A DNA stretch of 64,000 nucleotides from Myxococcales bacterium. Lineage in GTDB: Bacteria > Myxococcota > Myxococcia > Myxococcales > 40CM-4-68-19. How positions within the stretch are numbered: the first letter of the stretch is position 1; every line of letters starts with the position of its first letter. The notes below the pieces were generated by a model. That model was not told the DNA's origin and made no database searches. It saw only the letters and a program-made list of their open reading frames with translations. The stretch lies in the NCBI GenBank assembly GCA_036513415.1, contig DATBZA010000033.1, positions 5,344-69,343 on the forward strand, given 5' to 3'. This document shows positions 37,274 through 47,383 of this stretch, in pieces. The translations under genes and the position numbers were made by a program.

Positions 37274-40200
37274 ATGGAGCTCGGGGGTACCGCGAAGCAG
37301 CCGAGCAGGTGCGGTCTCTCGGCCGTGCTGATCAGCACGATTCTCGTCGGCTGCGCCGCGGCGCCCGACGCCAATGTGGACGGTACCGCCCACCGGGCCT
37401 GGTCGCCGCCGCAGCGCCCGCGCCTGACGCTCCCGGCACAGCCCGGCAAAGGCCTGGCAATCAAGGTCGTGTGCCAATCGCAGGTGAGCGGCTCCTGCAG
37501 GGTGTCGACCAATGTCGATGCGTCGCACACGCAAGGGCAGTTGCTCAATGCGGCGGACGCCCTCAAAGCGGTCAATGCGCCTCAGCCCGGCCTACCGCCC
37601 GCGACCGCGCAGGTCTTCTCCTGGGTCTTCGATCGGCCGGTGGACTGGACCGACCTCGAGCAGCCCACGTTGGGAGTCTTCGACACCAACCTCGACAGCG
37701 CGCAGCTTTTCGGCGGCGAGATGGCGAATATGGCCTGGACGTTCTCCGGCTACCTGGCCATCCCGGCGGCGGGCACCAAGTCCTTCGCTGTGGGTTCCCA
37801 GGACGGTTATCTCCTCGCGCTGAATAACGGCACCACGTCCTCGATCAGCCAATACAACGGCAATCGCAGCTTCGCCTATGGCGACACCCTGGGCCTGCCG
37901 CTCACGGTGAGCTTCCCTTCGGCGGGCCTCTACCCGATCTTCCTGCTCGTCTGGAACGACGCCGGTCCCCAGGGGGTCGAGCTGGCCTGGCATGACGGCA
38001 ACGCGCTCATCCTGATTCCGGACGCCAGCACCAAGAACGCGAACGGGTACGCCCTGGTCCCGGCCAGCAGCCTTTACGCCCCGGACATCCGCGCTACCCT
38101 GTTCGTCGACGATCAGACCCGCCCTGCCGGGCCGGTGCTATCCGGCGACACGCTGCAGTGGACGTCGACCGTGCGCAATCAGGGTGTGGTGCCCGCGGCC
38201 GGCGCAAGCTTCAGCGTGGCGACGCCCAAGGCGACCCTGCAAAACCTGACGCTGATCGGCGACGGCGGCACCTGCGCCAGCTCGGCCGACGCAAGCGTGG
38301 ACACGCTGAGCTGCTCGTTGCCTGCCCTCGACCCGGGGGCGGCACAGACGCTGCGCTTCTCCGCCCAGGTGAAGACCGGCCTTGCCGGGGGGACGCCCAT
38401 CGACGTTCAGGGCGTGGTGACGGGTCTCGCGACTGACCCCGCCCTGATCGGTTCCGTGCAAACCGCGCTGAGCGTGGCGGTGAACAACCCCTCCGACCTG
38501 TTCGTGCTCACCGACGACGTCGGCCTGAACGGCTTTGCGACGCTGGACACCGGCAACGCTCCCGTCCTGGCGCTGGGAGCGCCGGGCGCCGCCGACGACG
38601 ATCCGGCGCGCGTGGTGATCGGCGTCGCGCTGCGCCTGCCGGCGACGCCCAGCATCAGCTCGCCCGCGGAAGGGGCCGAGATAGAGGGCCCGCTCCTCGT
38701 GGCTGGGAGCGCCGATCCCGCCTCCACCATCAGTGTCACCATCGACGGCGCCTTCATTGTCCAAACCATGGCGGGGATCGACGGCGCCTTCGCCCTCTCC
38801 ATGCCGCTGTCGGCCGCTGCGGGCAACCACGCGGTTGGGGTGACCGCCTCGGATACCGCGGGCAACCTCAGCTCAACGGCTACGGCGAACTTCCAGTATG
38901 TGGTTGGCGGGCGGGCACGCGGGGGTTGTGCCACCGGCAGCGGCACCGGTCCGCTGTGCCTGCTCCTGTTGGGGCTCTGCGCTGCGCGCAGGCGCCGATC
39001 GTTCGCGGCGCCGCTGGCTGGAGCGGCGTTGATGCTGACCGTGAACGCCGCGAGCGCCGCTGCGCCCGAGGTGAACCTGAGCCTGTTTCGCCCTGCGACC
39101 GGAGGCGACGGCTATGCGGGTGTCGAGGGTGCGCGGCCGCTCGAGTCGGGCGAGCCTCTCGAGGTGCGCTTCTGGCTGGACGGCGCCACGAAAACGCTGC
39201 TGTACCTGCCCGGCGCGGGCGGTGAGCAGACCGTCCTGCGCAATCGGTTGGGCGGCTGGCTGGTCGCGCAGGCGCACCTGTTGGGACCGCTCTCGCTCGC
39301 CGTCCAGATACCCGTGACGCTGAACCAGAGCGGCGACCTCACCAACCTGCCCCCTTCTTCGCGCGGACCCTCCAGCACGCCGGCAGGGCTGAGCGATCTC
39401 CGCCTGACCCCACGGCTCTCGCTTCTCCGCCAGGAGCGGGCCGGCATCGACCTGGCCGCCCAGTTGTCGCTGGAGGTGCCAACGGCGCGAGCCCAGTCGT
39501 TTACCGGCGACGGCCGCGTCGACGGCGAGGCACTGCTGGCGCTGGGGCGCCGCTGGGACGGTCCGGGCCTGTCTGCGATCGAGCTGCTCGGCAATGCGTA
39601 CGCGCGGTTGCGTCCACCGCGCCAGGTGATCGAGGTGAAGACCGGGAACCAGGCCGGCGCGCGCCTGGGGGCGGGCTTCTTCCCCGGGCTGCGGAGCCAG
39701 CTCGTCCCCCATCGCGTGTTCGCCGAGATCGAAGCTCAGACCTTCTTGCGCGCGGGCGGCGCCGCGGGATCAACTCCGGCCGAGTGGCGCGGCGGCGTGG
39801 GCTTTTGCATCGGGCGAGCGGTCGCCTTCGACCTGGCCGCGGGCGGCGCCATCGGCAACGGGATCGGCGCGCCGGTGGCACGCGTCATTACCGCCGTGGG
39901 CTTTTCGCCCCAGAGCTGCGGCGGTGGGGCTCCCCTGTCCGTGGTCGACCGGGACGGCGACGGCATTGCCGACGCCGACGACATCTGCCCCGATCAGCCA
40001 GGGCCGAGGGAGAACAAGGGCTGCCCCCTCGTGGTTGCACGGGAGCAGCCCGCCGGTCCTCCTGCCCCTGCCGTCGCGCCGGCGCCCCCCGAACCGGCGA
40101 AGCTGGCCGAGGCTCCCAAGCCACCCGAGTCGGACCGGGATCACGACGGCGTGCCGGACAAGGAGGATTCTTGCCCCGATCTTCCCGGGACGGCGGCGAA

Positions 40201-40621
40201 TTACGGATGCCCGGTGACGATCAAGCAACTGGTAGTGATCCGAAACGAGCGGATCGAGATCCTCGACAGGATCTATTTCAAGACCGGCAAGGCGATGCTC
40301 GAACGGCGCTCGTTCCCGCTGCTCGATCAGGTCGCGTTCCTGCTCAAAGGCCACGCCGAGTTGCTGACGGTCCAGGTCGAGGGCCATACCGACAACGTCG
40401 GCAGGGCCGCGACGAATCTCGCGCTGTCGCAAGCGCGCGCGAATGCGGTGGTCACGTACCTGGCCAAGACTGGCGTGGATCCGTCGCGGCTGCGCGCCCG
40501 CGGCTTCGGCTCCAACAAGCCCGTCGCGGACAACGCCGCCAGAGCCGGCCGGGAGAGGAATCGGCGCGTCGAGTTCAACGTGATCGGTGTCTCACAGGAG
40601 CCGGCTCGGCCGGGCACCTGA
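37274..40621 (+). CDS. large outer-membrane/surface protein: PA14-like + DUF11-like + Ig-like + internal MYXO-CTERM + beta-barrel + TSP3 + OmpA (TraA/TraB-like fusion)
   Basis: FSGYLAIP..F.VGSQDG; GDTLQWTSTVRNQG; GGCATGSG-TM-RRRR (38921-38998); two DxDxDG..D..D.CP repeats; IYFKTG...VEGHTD...LSQARA...NRRVEF. Confidence 0.85.
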   Translation: MELGGTAKQPSRCGLSAVLISTILVGCAAAPDANVDGTAHRAWSPPQRPRLTLPAQPGKGLAIKVVCQSQVSGSCRVSTNVDASHTQGQLLNAADALKAVNAPQPGLPPATAQVFSWVFDRPVDWTDLEQPTLGVFDTNLDSAQLFGGEMANMAWTFSGYLAIPAAGTKSFAVGSQDGYLLALNNGTTSSISQYNGNRSFAYGDTLGLPLTVSFPSAGLYPIFLLVWNDAGPQGVELAWHDGNALILIPDASTKNANGYALVPASSLYAPDIRATLFVDDQTRPAGPVLSGDTLQWTSTVRNQGVVPAAGASFSVATPKATLQNLTLIGDGGTCASSADASVDTLSCSLPALDPGAAQTLRFSAQVKTGLAGGTPIDVQGVVTGLATDPALIGSVQTALSVAVNNPSDLFVLTDDVGLNGFATLDTGNAPVLALGAPGAADDDPARVVIGVALRLPATPSISSPAEGAEIEGPLLVAGSADPASTISVTIDGAFIVQTMAGIDGAFALSMPLSAAAGNHAVGVTASDTAGNLSSTATANFQYVVGGRARGGCATGSGTGPLCLLLLGLCAARRRRSFAAPLAGAALMLTVNAASAAAPEVNLSLFRPATGGDGYAGVEGARPLESGEPLEVRFWLDGATKTLLYLPGAGGEQTVLRNRLGGWLVAQAHLLGPLSLAVQIPVTLNQSGDLTNLPPSSRGPSSTPAGLSDLRLTPRLSLLRQERAGIDLAAQLSLEVPTARAQSFTGDGRVDGEALLALGRRWDGPGLSAIELLGNAYARLRPPRQVIEVKTGNQAGARLGAGFFPGLRSQLVPHRVFAEIEAQTFLRAGGAAGSTPAEWRGGVGFCIGRAVAFDLAAGGAIGNGIGAPVARVITAVGFSPQSCGGGAPLSVVDRDGDGIADADDICPDQPGPRENKGCPLVVAREQPAGPPAPAVAPAPPEPAKLAEAPKPPESDRDHDGVPDKEDSCPDLPGTAANYGCPVTIKQLVVIRNERIEILDRIYFKTGKAMLERRSFPLLDQVAFLLKGHAELLTVQVEGHTDNVGRAATNLALSQARANAVVTYLAKTGVDPSRLRARGFGSNKPVADNAARAGRERNRRVEFNVIGVSQEPARPGT

Positions 40622-40638
40622 GAGCTGCGAGGTTTCGC

Positions 40639-42528
40639 ATGGGCGAACCGATCGATCCAGGCTATCTGGTGCCGGGGACCAGGATCGGGTTCTACCGGAT
40701 CGTCTCCAGGGTCGCCGCCGGCGGCTTCGGCGTCCTCTACCGCGTCGAGCGGGACGGCCAGAACTATGCGCTCAAGATCGCCACCCACAGGCGGGACGAG
40801 ATCACGCCGGACCAGCTCCGAAATCAGGAGGAGCGCGCCGACCGCGAGCTGGTGGCGCTCAAGTCGCTGGACCATCCCAATATCGTCCGGGTGCACGCTT
40901 TCGAGAGATGGCCGAGCCTGCGGGACGGCTATCCGTTCTTGATCATGGACTTCGTCGAGGGTGACCGGCTCAACGCCTGGGCAGCCAAGGAGCGCCCATC
41001 GCTCGTGACCATCTGCCAGGTCTTCCGCAAGATTGCCCTCGCCCTGCACGAGATGCACCGGATCGACATCTACCATCGCGATTTGAAATCCGACAACTTG
41101 CTGGTCCGGCGCGACGGAGAACCGATCATCGTCGACTTCGGCATCGCCCGGCCGCTGCAGGCCCGCACCGTCACGCGGGACCACACGTTCGTGGGCACCT
41201 CGACGCACCTGCCGCCCGAGTACTGCCAATTCTTCAGCAGCGAGGCGTGCCAACACGGAGAACGCTTCCACTTCACGCCGCAAGGGGACCTGCACGCCGT
41301 GGGCTTCATGCTGTACGAGCTGCTGGCAGGCCGGCCGCCCTTTCCTCCGGCCGAGGATGACGTGGCGATGATGCTGACGATCATCCGCTGCGTGCCCCTC
41401 CCTGCGGCGGAGGTGAACCCGCGAGTGCCCCGCTCACTCGATGCCATCGCCGCGCGGCTCCTGGAAAAGGAGCCTGGGCGCCGGTACGCCGACGGGCAGC
41501 AGCTGGCCGACGCCCTGGAGCTGGCGCTCGCGCAGTCCGATCCGTCGTGGACCCAGCCCCACGCGGTCCCTCCGCCGCCAGGGCGGGATCGGCCCACGCG
41601 CGGCGACCGCTCGGGCGGCGCCCGGGCGCTGCCGTCGCGAGCCCGCGATGCCGGCTTCGCACCTTTGGTCTCTACCGGCGCAGCCACGCTCGAGTCGCGC
41701 TTGGTCAACGCGATCGCCGAAACCATGAGAGAGACGGGCGCGGACATCAAACCGCCGCATTCGGCCACCGCCCTCAGCGTCGAGATCGTGCGGCGCGTCG
41801 AAGTCCCTACACGTGCTGCGCAGGAACGGCTGCCACCACGCGCCAAGCGCTCGATCATGATCGTGGGCGGCGCGTGCGCGTTGCTCGCGCTCTCGACTGT
41901 GATCCGCGCGTCACCCGGTGTTCGCTTCGGGCGTTGGCCCGGCGCTTTGCCGCCGGCCGCGCTACAGGCGGCGCCGCTGCCGCCGGCTCCTGAGCAAGAG
42001 CTGCTTCGGTCCCGCGCTACCGATCTGGAATTGCCAACTCCGTCGACGTCGCTGAGCTCCACAACGCCGGCGGCCGTGCGAGTCCGAGAGGCCGGGAACC
42101 GCACCCACGTCGCGAATCCCGACTTCGGGATTAGCTCCGCAGCGTCAGCGGCCACCGAGGTCACCGAAGGGCACTCGCTCGGAGTTCCCGCAGGCGCCGA
42201 GTTGGCTGTGAGATTGCTGAGCAGCCTCGACGACCATGCCCTGGCCGGAGCTTCGGTGGAGGCCCTGCTGATCCGCCGGGTGAAGGGTCACAAGCGCCGT
42301 TCGCTCCCCGCAGGAACCATCCTCTACGGGGTGGCGACCCAGAACGGTGGGCGCTTCGTTCTGCGTTTCAAGCGCGCCAAGCTGCCTGACGAGACGCAAT
42401 TCGAGATCGACGGTCTCGCCTACGACGCGAGCGGCACGCACGGAATTGCTCCGACCAGGCTGAAAGCGGGTATCGCCGTGCTCGCCGCCGGCGAAGAATT
42501 CGTCGTGCTGATCCCGCAGGGTTTCTAA
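40639..42528 (+). CDS. Ser/Thr protein kinase with TM and C-terminal TrbI/VirB10-like domain
   Basis: GGFG, ALK, HRDLKSDN, DFG, PPE; TM IMIVGGACALLAL; VPAGAEL..LPAGTILYG..GLAYD..G..GI. Confidence 0.85.
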   Translation: MGEPIDPGYLVPGTRIGFYRIVSRVAAGGFGVLYRVERDGQNYALKIATHRRDEITPDQLRNQEERADRELVALKSLDHPNIVRVHAFERWPSLRDGYPFLIMDFVEGDRLNAWAAKERPSLVTICQVFRKIALALHEMHRIDIYHRDLKSDNLLVRRDGEPIIVDFGIARPLQARTVTRDHTFVGTSTHLPPEYCQFFSSEACQHGERFHFTPQGDLHAVGFMLYELLAGRPPFPPAEDDVAMMLTIIRCVPLPAAEVNPRVPRSLDAIAARLLEKEPGRRYADGQQLADALELALAQSDPSWTQPHAVPPPPGRDRPTRGDRSGGARALPSRARDAGFAPLVSTGAATLESRLVNAIAETMRETGADIKPPHSATALSVEIVRRVEVPTRAAQERLPPRAKRSIMIVGGACALLALSTVIRASPGVRFGRWPGALPPAALQAAPLPPAPEQELLRSRATDLELPTPSTSLSSTTPAAVRVREAGNRTHVANPDFGISSAASAATEVTEGHSLGVPAGAELAVRLLSSLDDHALAGASVEALLIRRVKGHKRRSLPAGTILYGVATQNGGRFVLRFKRAKLPDETQFEIDGLAYDASGTHGIAPTRLKAGIAVLAAGEEFVVLIPQGF

Positions 42529-42922
42529 GCATTCACGACCGACGCTGTCACGCGGCGAGCGCAGTCAGCTCGAGCCGCTTCCGCAGCTACACCCTCGCGG
42601 GAGCCCTTGATTTCGCCCCTGCGGGCGGCGGTCGGTGGCACACCCCTGCCGCGCTCTGCTAGGCTGCGCGCGCTGTGGCAGAAGGCGACCAAGCTGCGCC
42701 TATCTGTCCTCGGTTCTGCCGGGCCACCTACTTCTACGACTGCTCGGCCTGGCCGCGAAGCGTTCCCTGGCCGAGCACCGCCCGGTCCGGAGATCGAGGG
42801 CTGAGCCGGAGGAGGTGGAAGACGACAATCCAGGTTGAGCACCCGCTGGTGCTCAGATCGCAAAGTGGGACGGATCGGAACCGTTGCACCCTGACGACAC
42901 CTCTGTGAGGAGGACGGAATCC

Positions 42923-43861
42923 ATGAAGAGAGTGGCAATTGCACTGATGACGACCGCGGCGCTGGGCTTCGCTTCCACGGCGTCGGCCGCCGACAAGAAG
43001 GTCAAGATCGGCGTGACCATGGCGCTGTTCGACGACGTGTGGCTGACCTTCGTCCGAGATGCGATGACGAAGAAGGGCGGCGCGCTCGGCGACGTCGACC
43101 TGACCATCGTCGATGCCAAGAACGACACGGCCAAACAGGTCGGGCAGGTCGAGAACTTCCTGGCCCAGAAGATGGACGCGATCGTGATCCTGCCGGTGGA
43201 CACGGCCGCGACCGGCCCCATGACCAAGGAGGTCACCGCCGCCAAGACCCCGCTGGTCTACGTGAACCGCAAGCCCGACAACCTCCCCAAGGGCGTGCTC
43301 TACGTGGGCTCCGACTCCATCGACGCCGGCCAATTCGTGGGCGAGGAGGTCAGCAAGGCAATCGGCGGGAAGGGCAACGTCGTCATCCTGATGGGCGAGC
43401 TCCAGAACGAGGCCGCCATCAAGCGGACCGAGGGCACCAAGAAGGTCCTCAAGAAGCACCCGGGCATCAAGATCATCCGCGAGCAGACCGGCAACTGGCA
43501 GCGCACGGAGGGCCGGACCATCATGGAGAACTGGCTCGCCTCCGGCGACAAGATCGACGCCGTCGCCTCCAACAACGACGAGATGGCGCTCGGCGCGCTC
43601 ATGGCCATCAAGGCCGCGGGCAAGCTGGGCAAGATCTACGTCGGCGGAACCGACGGCAGCCCGGACGCCCTTGACTCCATGGACAAGGGTGAGCTGAACA
43701 TGAGCGTGTTCCAGGATCCCGTCGGCCAGGGCGAGGGCGCGATCGAGGGGGCCTACCTCGCGGCCAAGCACCAGCCCAACCCGCGCGCCAAGAGCGACGT
43801 CATCTGGATCCCGTACCAGAAGATCACCAAGGAGAACTACAAGTCGTTCATGAAGAAGTAG
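42923..43861 (+). CDS. sugar (inositol) ABC transporter substrate-binding protein
   Basis: Signal peptide; MALFDDVWLT, YVNR, SNNDEMALGA; operon with iolG. Confidence 0.88.
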   Translation: MKRVAIALMTTAALGFASTASAADKKVKIGVTMALFDDVWLTFVRDAMTKKGGALGDVDLTIVDAKNDTAKQVGQVENFLAQKMDAIVILPVDTAATGPMTKEVTAAKTPLVYVNRKPDNLPKGVLYVGSDSIDAGQFVGEEVSKAIGGKGNVVILMGELQNEAAIKRTEGTKKVLKKHPGIKIIREQTGNWQRTEGRTIMENWLASGDKIDAVASNNDEMALGALMAIKAAGKLGKIYVGGTDGSPDALDSMDKGELNMSVFQDPVGQGEGAIEGAYLAAKHQPNPRAKSDVIWIPYQKITKENYKSFMKK

Positions 43862-43881
43862 CCAGACCGAAGCGACCGGTC

Positions 43882-43907
43882 CCCGCCGGCGCCCTCGCGC
43901 CGGCGGG
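43882..43907 (+). other. intercistronic GC-rich stem-loop after the binding-protein gene
   Basis: CCCGCCGGCG-CCCTCG-CGCCGGCGGG, no long U-tract; likely mRNA stabiliser/attenuator. Confidence 0.6.
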
Positions 43908-43927
43908 ATTCACCGGAGGGCCGCGCG

Positions 43928-45433
43928 ATGAGCGAGCACGTCCTCAGGATGCAGGGCATCTCCAAGCGGTTCCCCGGCGTTCATGCGCTGGACCAGGTCC
44001 AGCTGAACGTGCGCAAAGGGACCGTGCACGCCCTCATGGGAGAGAACGGGGCGGGCAAGTCCACCCTGATGAAGTGCCTGATCGGGATCTACGCGCCCGA
44101 CTCCGGGACCATCGAGTTCAAGGGCCAGGAGGTGAGGATCGGCAATACCCACCACGCGCTCTCCATGGGTATCTCGATGATCCACCAGGAGCTCTCCCCC
44201 GTTCCGCACATGACGGTGGCGGAGAACATCTTCCTGGGGCGCGAGCCGCTCACCTGGTACGGGCTGGTCGACATGCGGGAGCTCAACCGGCGCACGAGGG
44301 AGCTCCTCGGCCGGCTCGGGATCGCGGTCGCCCCCGAAAAGAAGATGGTGGAGCTTTCCATCGCCAACACGCAGCTGGTCGAGATCGCCAAGGCGATCTC
44401 CTACGACTCGAGCCTGATCGTCATGGACGAGCCCACCTCGGCCATCACCGAGGCCGAAGTGGCGAACCTCCACAACATCATCCGCTCGCTCCGGGACCGG
44501 GGCGTCTCGATCATCTACATCACCCACAAGATGGACGAGGTGTTCAAGATCTGCGACGAGGTCACCGTCCTGCGCGACGGCCGGTACGTGGGCACGAGCC
44601 CGATAAAGGCCCTCTCGCACGACCTCCTCATCCAGAAGATGGTCGGCCGCGAGCTGACCGACATGTTCCACAAGGAGAAGACGCCCGTCGGCGAGCCGAT
44701 CCTGTACGTGCGGAACTACTCCGGCAAGCGGTTCCGCGGGGTGACCTTCCAGGTGCGGCGCGGCGAGATCTTCGGCGTGGCGGGGCTCATGGGCGCCGGG
44801 CGAACCGAGCTGCTGGAGACCATCTTCGGCGTCCACCCGCGGACGTCGGGCGAGATCTACCTGCACGGGAAGAGGGTGGAGATCCGGCAGCCCTCGGACT
44901 CCATCCGGCACGGGTTCGCGCTCCTGACCGAGGACCGGAAGCTCAGCGGCCTGTACATGAACGCGACCGTCCGCGACAACATCTCCATCGCCAACCTGCT
45001 CCGCTACCTGGCCGGACCGTTCGTCCGGTTCCGCAAGGTCGCCGCCGACTGCGAGCGGATGCGCAAGGCGCTCCGCATCAAGACCCCCAGCCTCCTGCAA
45101 AAGGTAAGGAACCTCTCGGGCGGGAACCAACAAAAAGTCTTGCTCTCCCGCTGGCTGCTGACCGAGCCGGAGATCCTGATCCTCGACGAGCCCACGCGCG
45201 GCATCGACGTGGGCGCCAAGGCCGAGATCTACCGGCTGATGGTCGACCTGGCTCGGAGCGGCAAAGCCATCATCATGATTTCGTCCGAGCTGCCCGAGGT
45301 CCTCGGCATGTGCGACCGCATCATGGTGATGCACGAGGGCGACAAAGTGGGCGAGCTGGTGCGCGGCGACGCGACCCAGGAACGGGTCCTCCAGATGGCC
45401 ACCGGCCTCAACCTGACAACCGCCAGCGCCTGA
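43928..45433 (+). CDS. sugar ABC transporter ATP-binding protein (two NBDs, MglA/RbsA-like)
   Basis: [33 protein letters not shown]. Confidence 0.95.
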   Translation: MSEHVLRMQGISKRFPGVHALDQVQLNVRKGTVHALMGENGAGKSTLMKCLIGIYAPDSGTIEFKGQEVRIGNTHHALSMGISMIHQELSPVPHMTVAENIFLGREPLTWYGLVDMRELNRRTRELLGRLGIAVAPEKKMVELSIANTQLVEIAKAISYDSSLIVMDEPTSAITEAEVANLHNIIRSLRDRGVSIIYITHKMDEVFKICDEVTVLRDGRYVGTSPIKALSHDLLIQKMVGRELTDMFHKEKTPVGEPILYVRNYSGKRFRGVTFQVRRGEIFGVAGLMGAGRTELLETIFGVHPRTSGEIYLHGKRVEIRQPSDSIRHGFALLTEDRKLSGLYMNATVRDNISIANLLRYLAGPFVRFRKVAADCERMRKALRIKTPSLLQKVRNLSGGNQQKVLLSRWLLTEPEILILDEPTRGIDVGAKAEIYRLMVDLARSGKAIIMISSELPEVLGMCDRIMVMHEGDKVGELVRGDATQERVLQMATGLNLTTASA

Positions 45434-45445
45434 AGGGAAGCCGCC

Positions 45446-46495
45446 GTGAATTCGACCGCCCAACCGACGACCAAGGCATCCCTCAAGGCGACCGCGATCT
45501 CCGCGATTGCCCGCCACGTCACGGGCGACAAGGTGAGGGCGCTGATCTCGCAGTACGGGATCTTCCTCATCTTCGGGCTGATGATCATCGTGGCCTCGTT
45601 CCTCTCGCCCGCGTTCCTCACCACCACCAACATCGTCAACGTCATCCGGCAGATGTCGATCATCGGCCTCATCGCGCTGGGGGTGACCGGCGTGATCGTG
45701 TCCGGAGGCATCGACCTCTCCTCCGGCTCCGTGGTCGGGGCCGCCTGCGTGGTCGCGGCCAGCCTGGCTCAGCTCCCGGACCGGGCCTTCTACCCGGCCC
45801 TCGCCGGCAGCCCCGTGCTGGTCGCGGTACTGGCGGGGTGCGGAGTCGGGGCGCTAGCCGGCCTGATCAACGGCGCGCTCGTGGCCAAGACGGGCATCCC
45901 GCCCTTCATCGCCACGCTGGGGATGTACACCGCCGCCCGCGGGGCGGCCATGCTCTACACCACCGGCCGGCCGCTCTCGCACCTCTCCGATTCCTACAAC
46001 GTCATCGGCCAGGGGGACTTCCTCAGCGTCCCGGTCCCCATCCTGATCCTGGTGGGGATGGCAATCGTAACGCACGTCCTCTACTCCCGGACCAAGTTCG
46101 GGAAGTACATCTATGCCATCGGCGGCAACGAGCAGGCGGCTCGGGTCTCCGGCATCAACGTAGGCCGGTACAAGATCCTCATCTACACCTACGCCGGCAT
46201 GCTCTCCGGGCTGGCCGGCCTCGTCGTCTCCTCGCGAATCGGCTCGGGCCAGCCGGGCCTGGGGGTGGGGTACGAGCTCGACGGCATCGCCGCGGCCGTG
46301 ATCGGCGGGACTTCGCTTTCCGCCGGCGGCATCGGCACCATCCCCGGCACCATCGTGGGCGCGCTGATCATCGGCGTGCTCAACAACACTCTCGACCTCG
46401 TCAACGTCTCGGCCTACTGGCAGCAGATCATCAAGGGCGGGATCATCGTCGGCGCCGTGGTCCTCGACCAGCGCAAGAACCGCGGCGATCGGTAG
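45446..46495 (+). CDS. sugar ABC transporter permease
   Basis: [32 protein letters not shown]. Confidence 0.93.
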   Translation: MNSTAQPTTKASLKATAISAIARHVTGDKVRALISQYGIFLIFGLMIIVASFLSPAFLTTTNIVNVIRQMSIIGLIALGVTGVIVSGGIDLSSGSVVGAACVVAASLAQLPDRAFYPALAGSPVLVAVLAGCGVGALAGLINGALVAKTGIPPFIATLGMYTAARGAAMLYTTGRPLSHLSDSYNVIGQGDFLSVPVPILILVGMAIVTHVLYSRTKFGKYIYAIGGNEQAARVSGINVGRYKILIYTYAGMLSGLAGLVVSSRIGSGQPGLGVGYELDGIAAAVIGGTSLSAGGIGTIPGTIVGALIIGVLNNTLDLVNVSAYWQQIIKGGIIVGAVVLDQRKNRGDR

Positions 46496-46525
46496 CCCCG
46501 ACGCATTCCGACGGAGGAGGACGAC

Positions 46526-47347
46526 GTGAACCCTCGTGAACGGCTGTCGCTGAACCGCATCGCCCACCCGCAGCTTCCCCTTCCCGAGTTCCTGAGGCTC
46601 ACCGCCGACCTCGGGATGAAGATGGCCGAGGTCCGGAACGACTTCGCCGAGAAGGGCGTCCTGGACGGCCTCTCCGAGGCACAGCTGAAGAAGGCCCTGG
46701 CCGAGACCGGCGTCCGGATCGTCACCATCAACGCCCTTTATCCCTTCGAGCACGGCAAACACTTGCGGGCCAATCTGGAGAAGCTGAAGGGGCTCATCGC
46801 GGAGGCCAGGAAGGTGAGCTGCCCGCACATCGTCATGTGTCCCTTCAACGAGGTCGGCGACCCGCGCACCCCGGCCCAGCGCGACGCCGATCTGGTGGCC
46901 GCGCTGAACGCCTACGGCCCGCTTTTTGCTGATGCCGGTATGGTCGGCTTGATCGAGCCGCTCGGGTTCGAGCGCAGCTCCCTTCGCACCAAGCGAGCTG
47001 CCCTGGACGGCATCGCGAGGTGCGCCTACCCGAAAGCCTTCGCGCTCCTGCACGACACCTTCCACCACTACCTGAGCGGGGAGACCGACCTCTTCCCGCG
47101 CGAGACGGCGATGGTCCACGTATCGGGCGTGGTGGCCGGCAAGGCGAAGCGGGCCATCGAGGACGATGATCGGATCCTGGTGGACGCCTCCGACATCTTG
47201 GACAGCCGGGGTCAGGTGGCTGCGCTACTGAAGGGCGGTTGCCAGGCGCCGATCTCCTACGAGCCCTTCTCCCCCAGCATCCGCGCCCTGGCCGTGCCCG
47301 AGCTCAAGAAGGCCCTCCTGGAGAGCGTCAAGTACCTCGTCGGCTGA
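46526..47347 (+). CDS. iolI: TIM-barrel sugar isomerase (2-keto-myo-inositol isomerase-like)
   Basis: EVRND, INALYPF, IEPLGF, DTFHH, HVSG, D.DR, YEPF; next to iolG. Confidence 0.75.
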   Translation: MNPRERLSLNRIAHPQLPLPEFLRLTADLGMKMAEVRNDFAEKGVLDGLSEAQLKKALAETGVRIVTINALYPFEHGKHLRANLEKLKGLIAEARKVSCPHIVMCPFNEVGDPRTPAQRDADLVAALNAYGPLFADAGMVGLIEPLGFERSSLRTKRAALDGIARCAYPKAFALLHDTFHHYLSGETDLFPRETAMVHVSGVVAGKAKRAIEDDDRILVDASDILDSRGQVAALLKGGCQAPISYEPFSPSIRALAVPELKKALLESVKYLVG

Positions 47348-47383
47348 TCGAGGCCGAGCACCGAGCTGCGGCGGAGCGAAACC

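Noticed and set aside
39784..40638. Long N-terminal extension of the kinase ORF
   Set aside because: Overlaps the OmpA domain in another frame; the kinase starts at 40639
42636..42649. sigma54-like TGGCAC...TGC upstream of the inositol operon
   Set aside because: Only 9 nt between GG and GC; sigma54 requires 10
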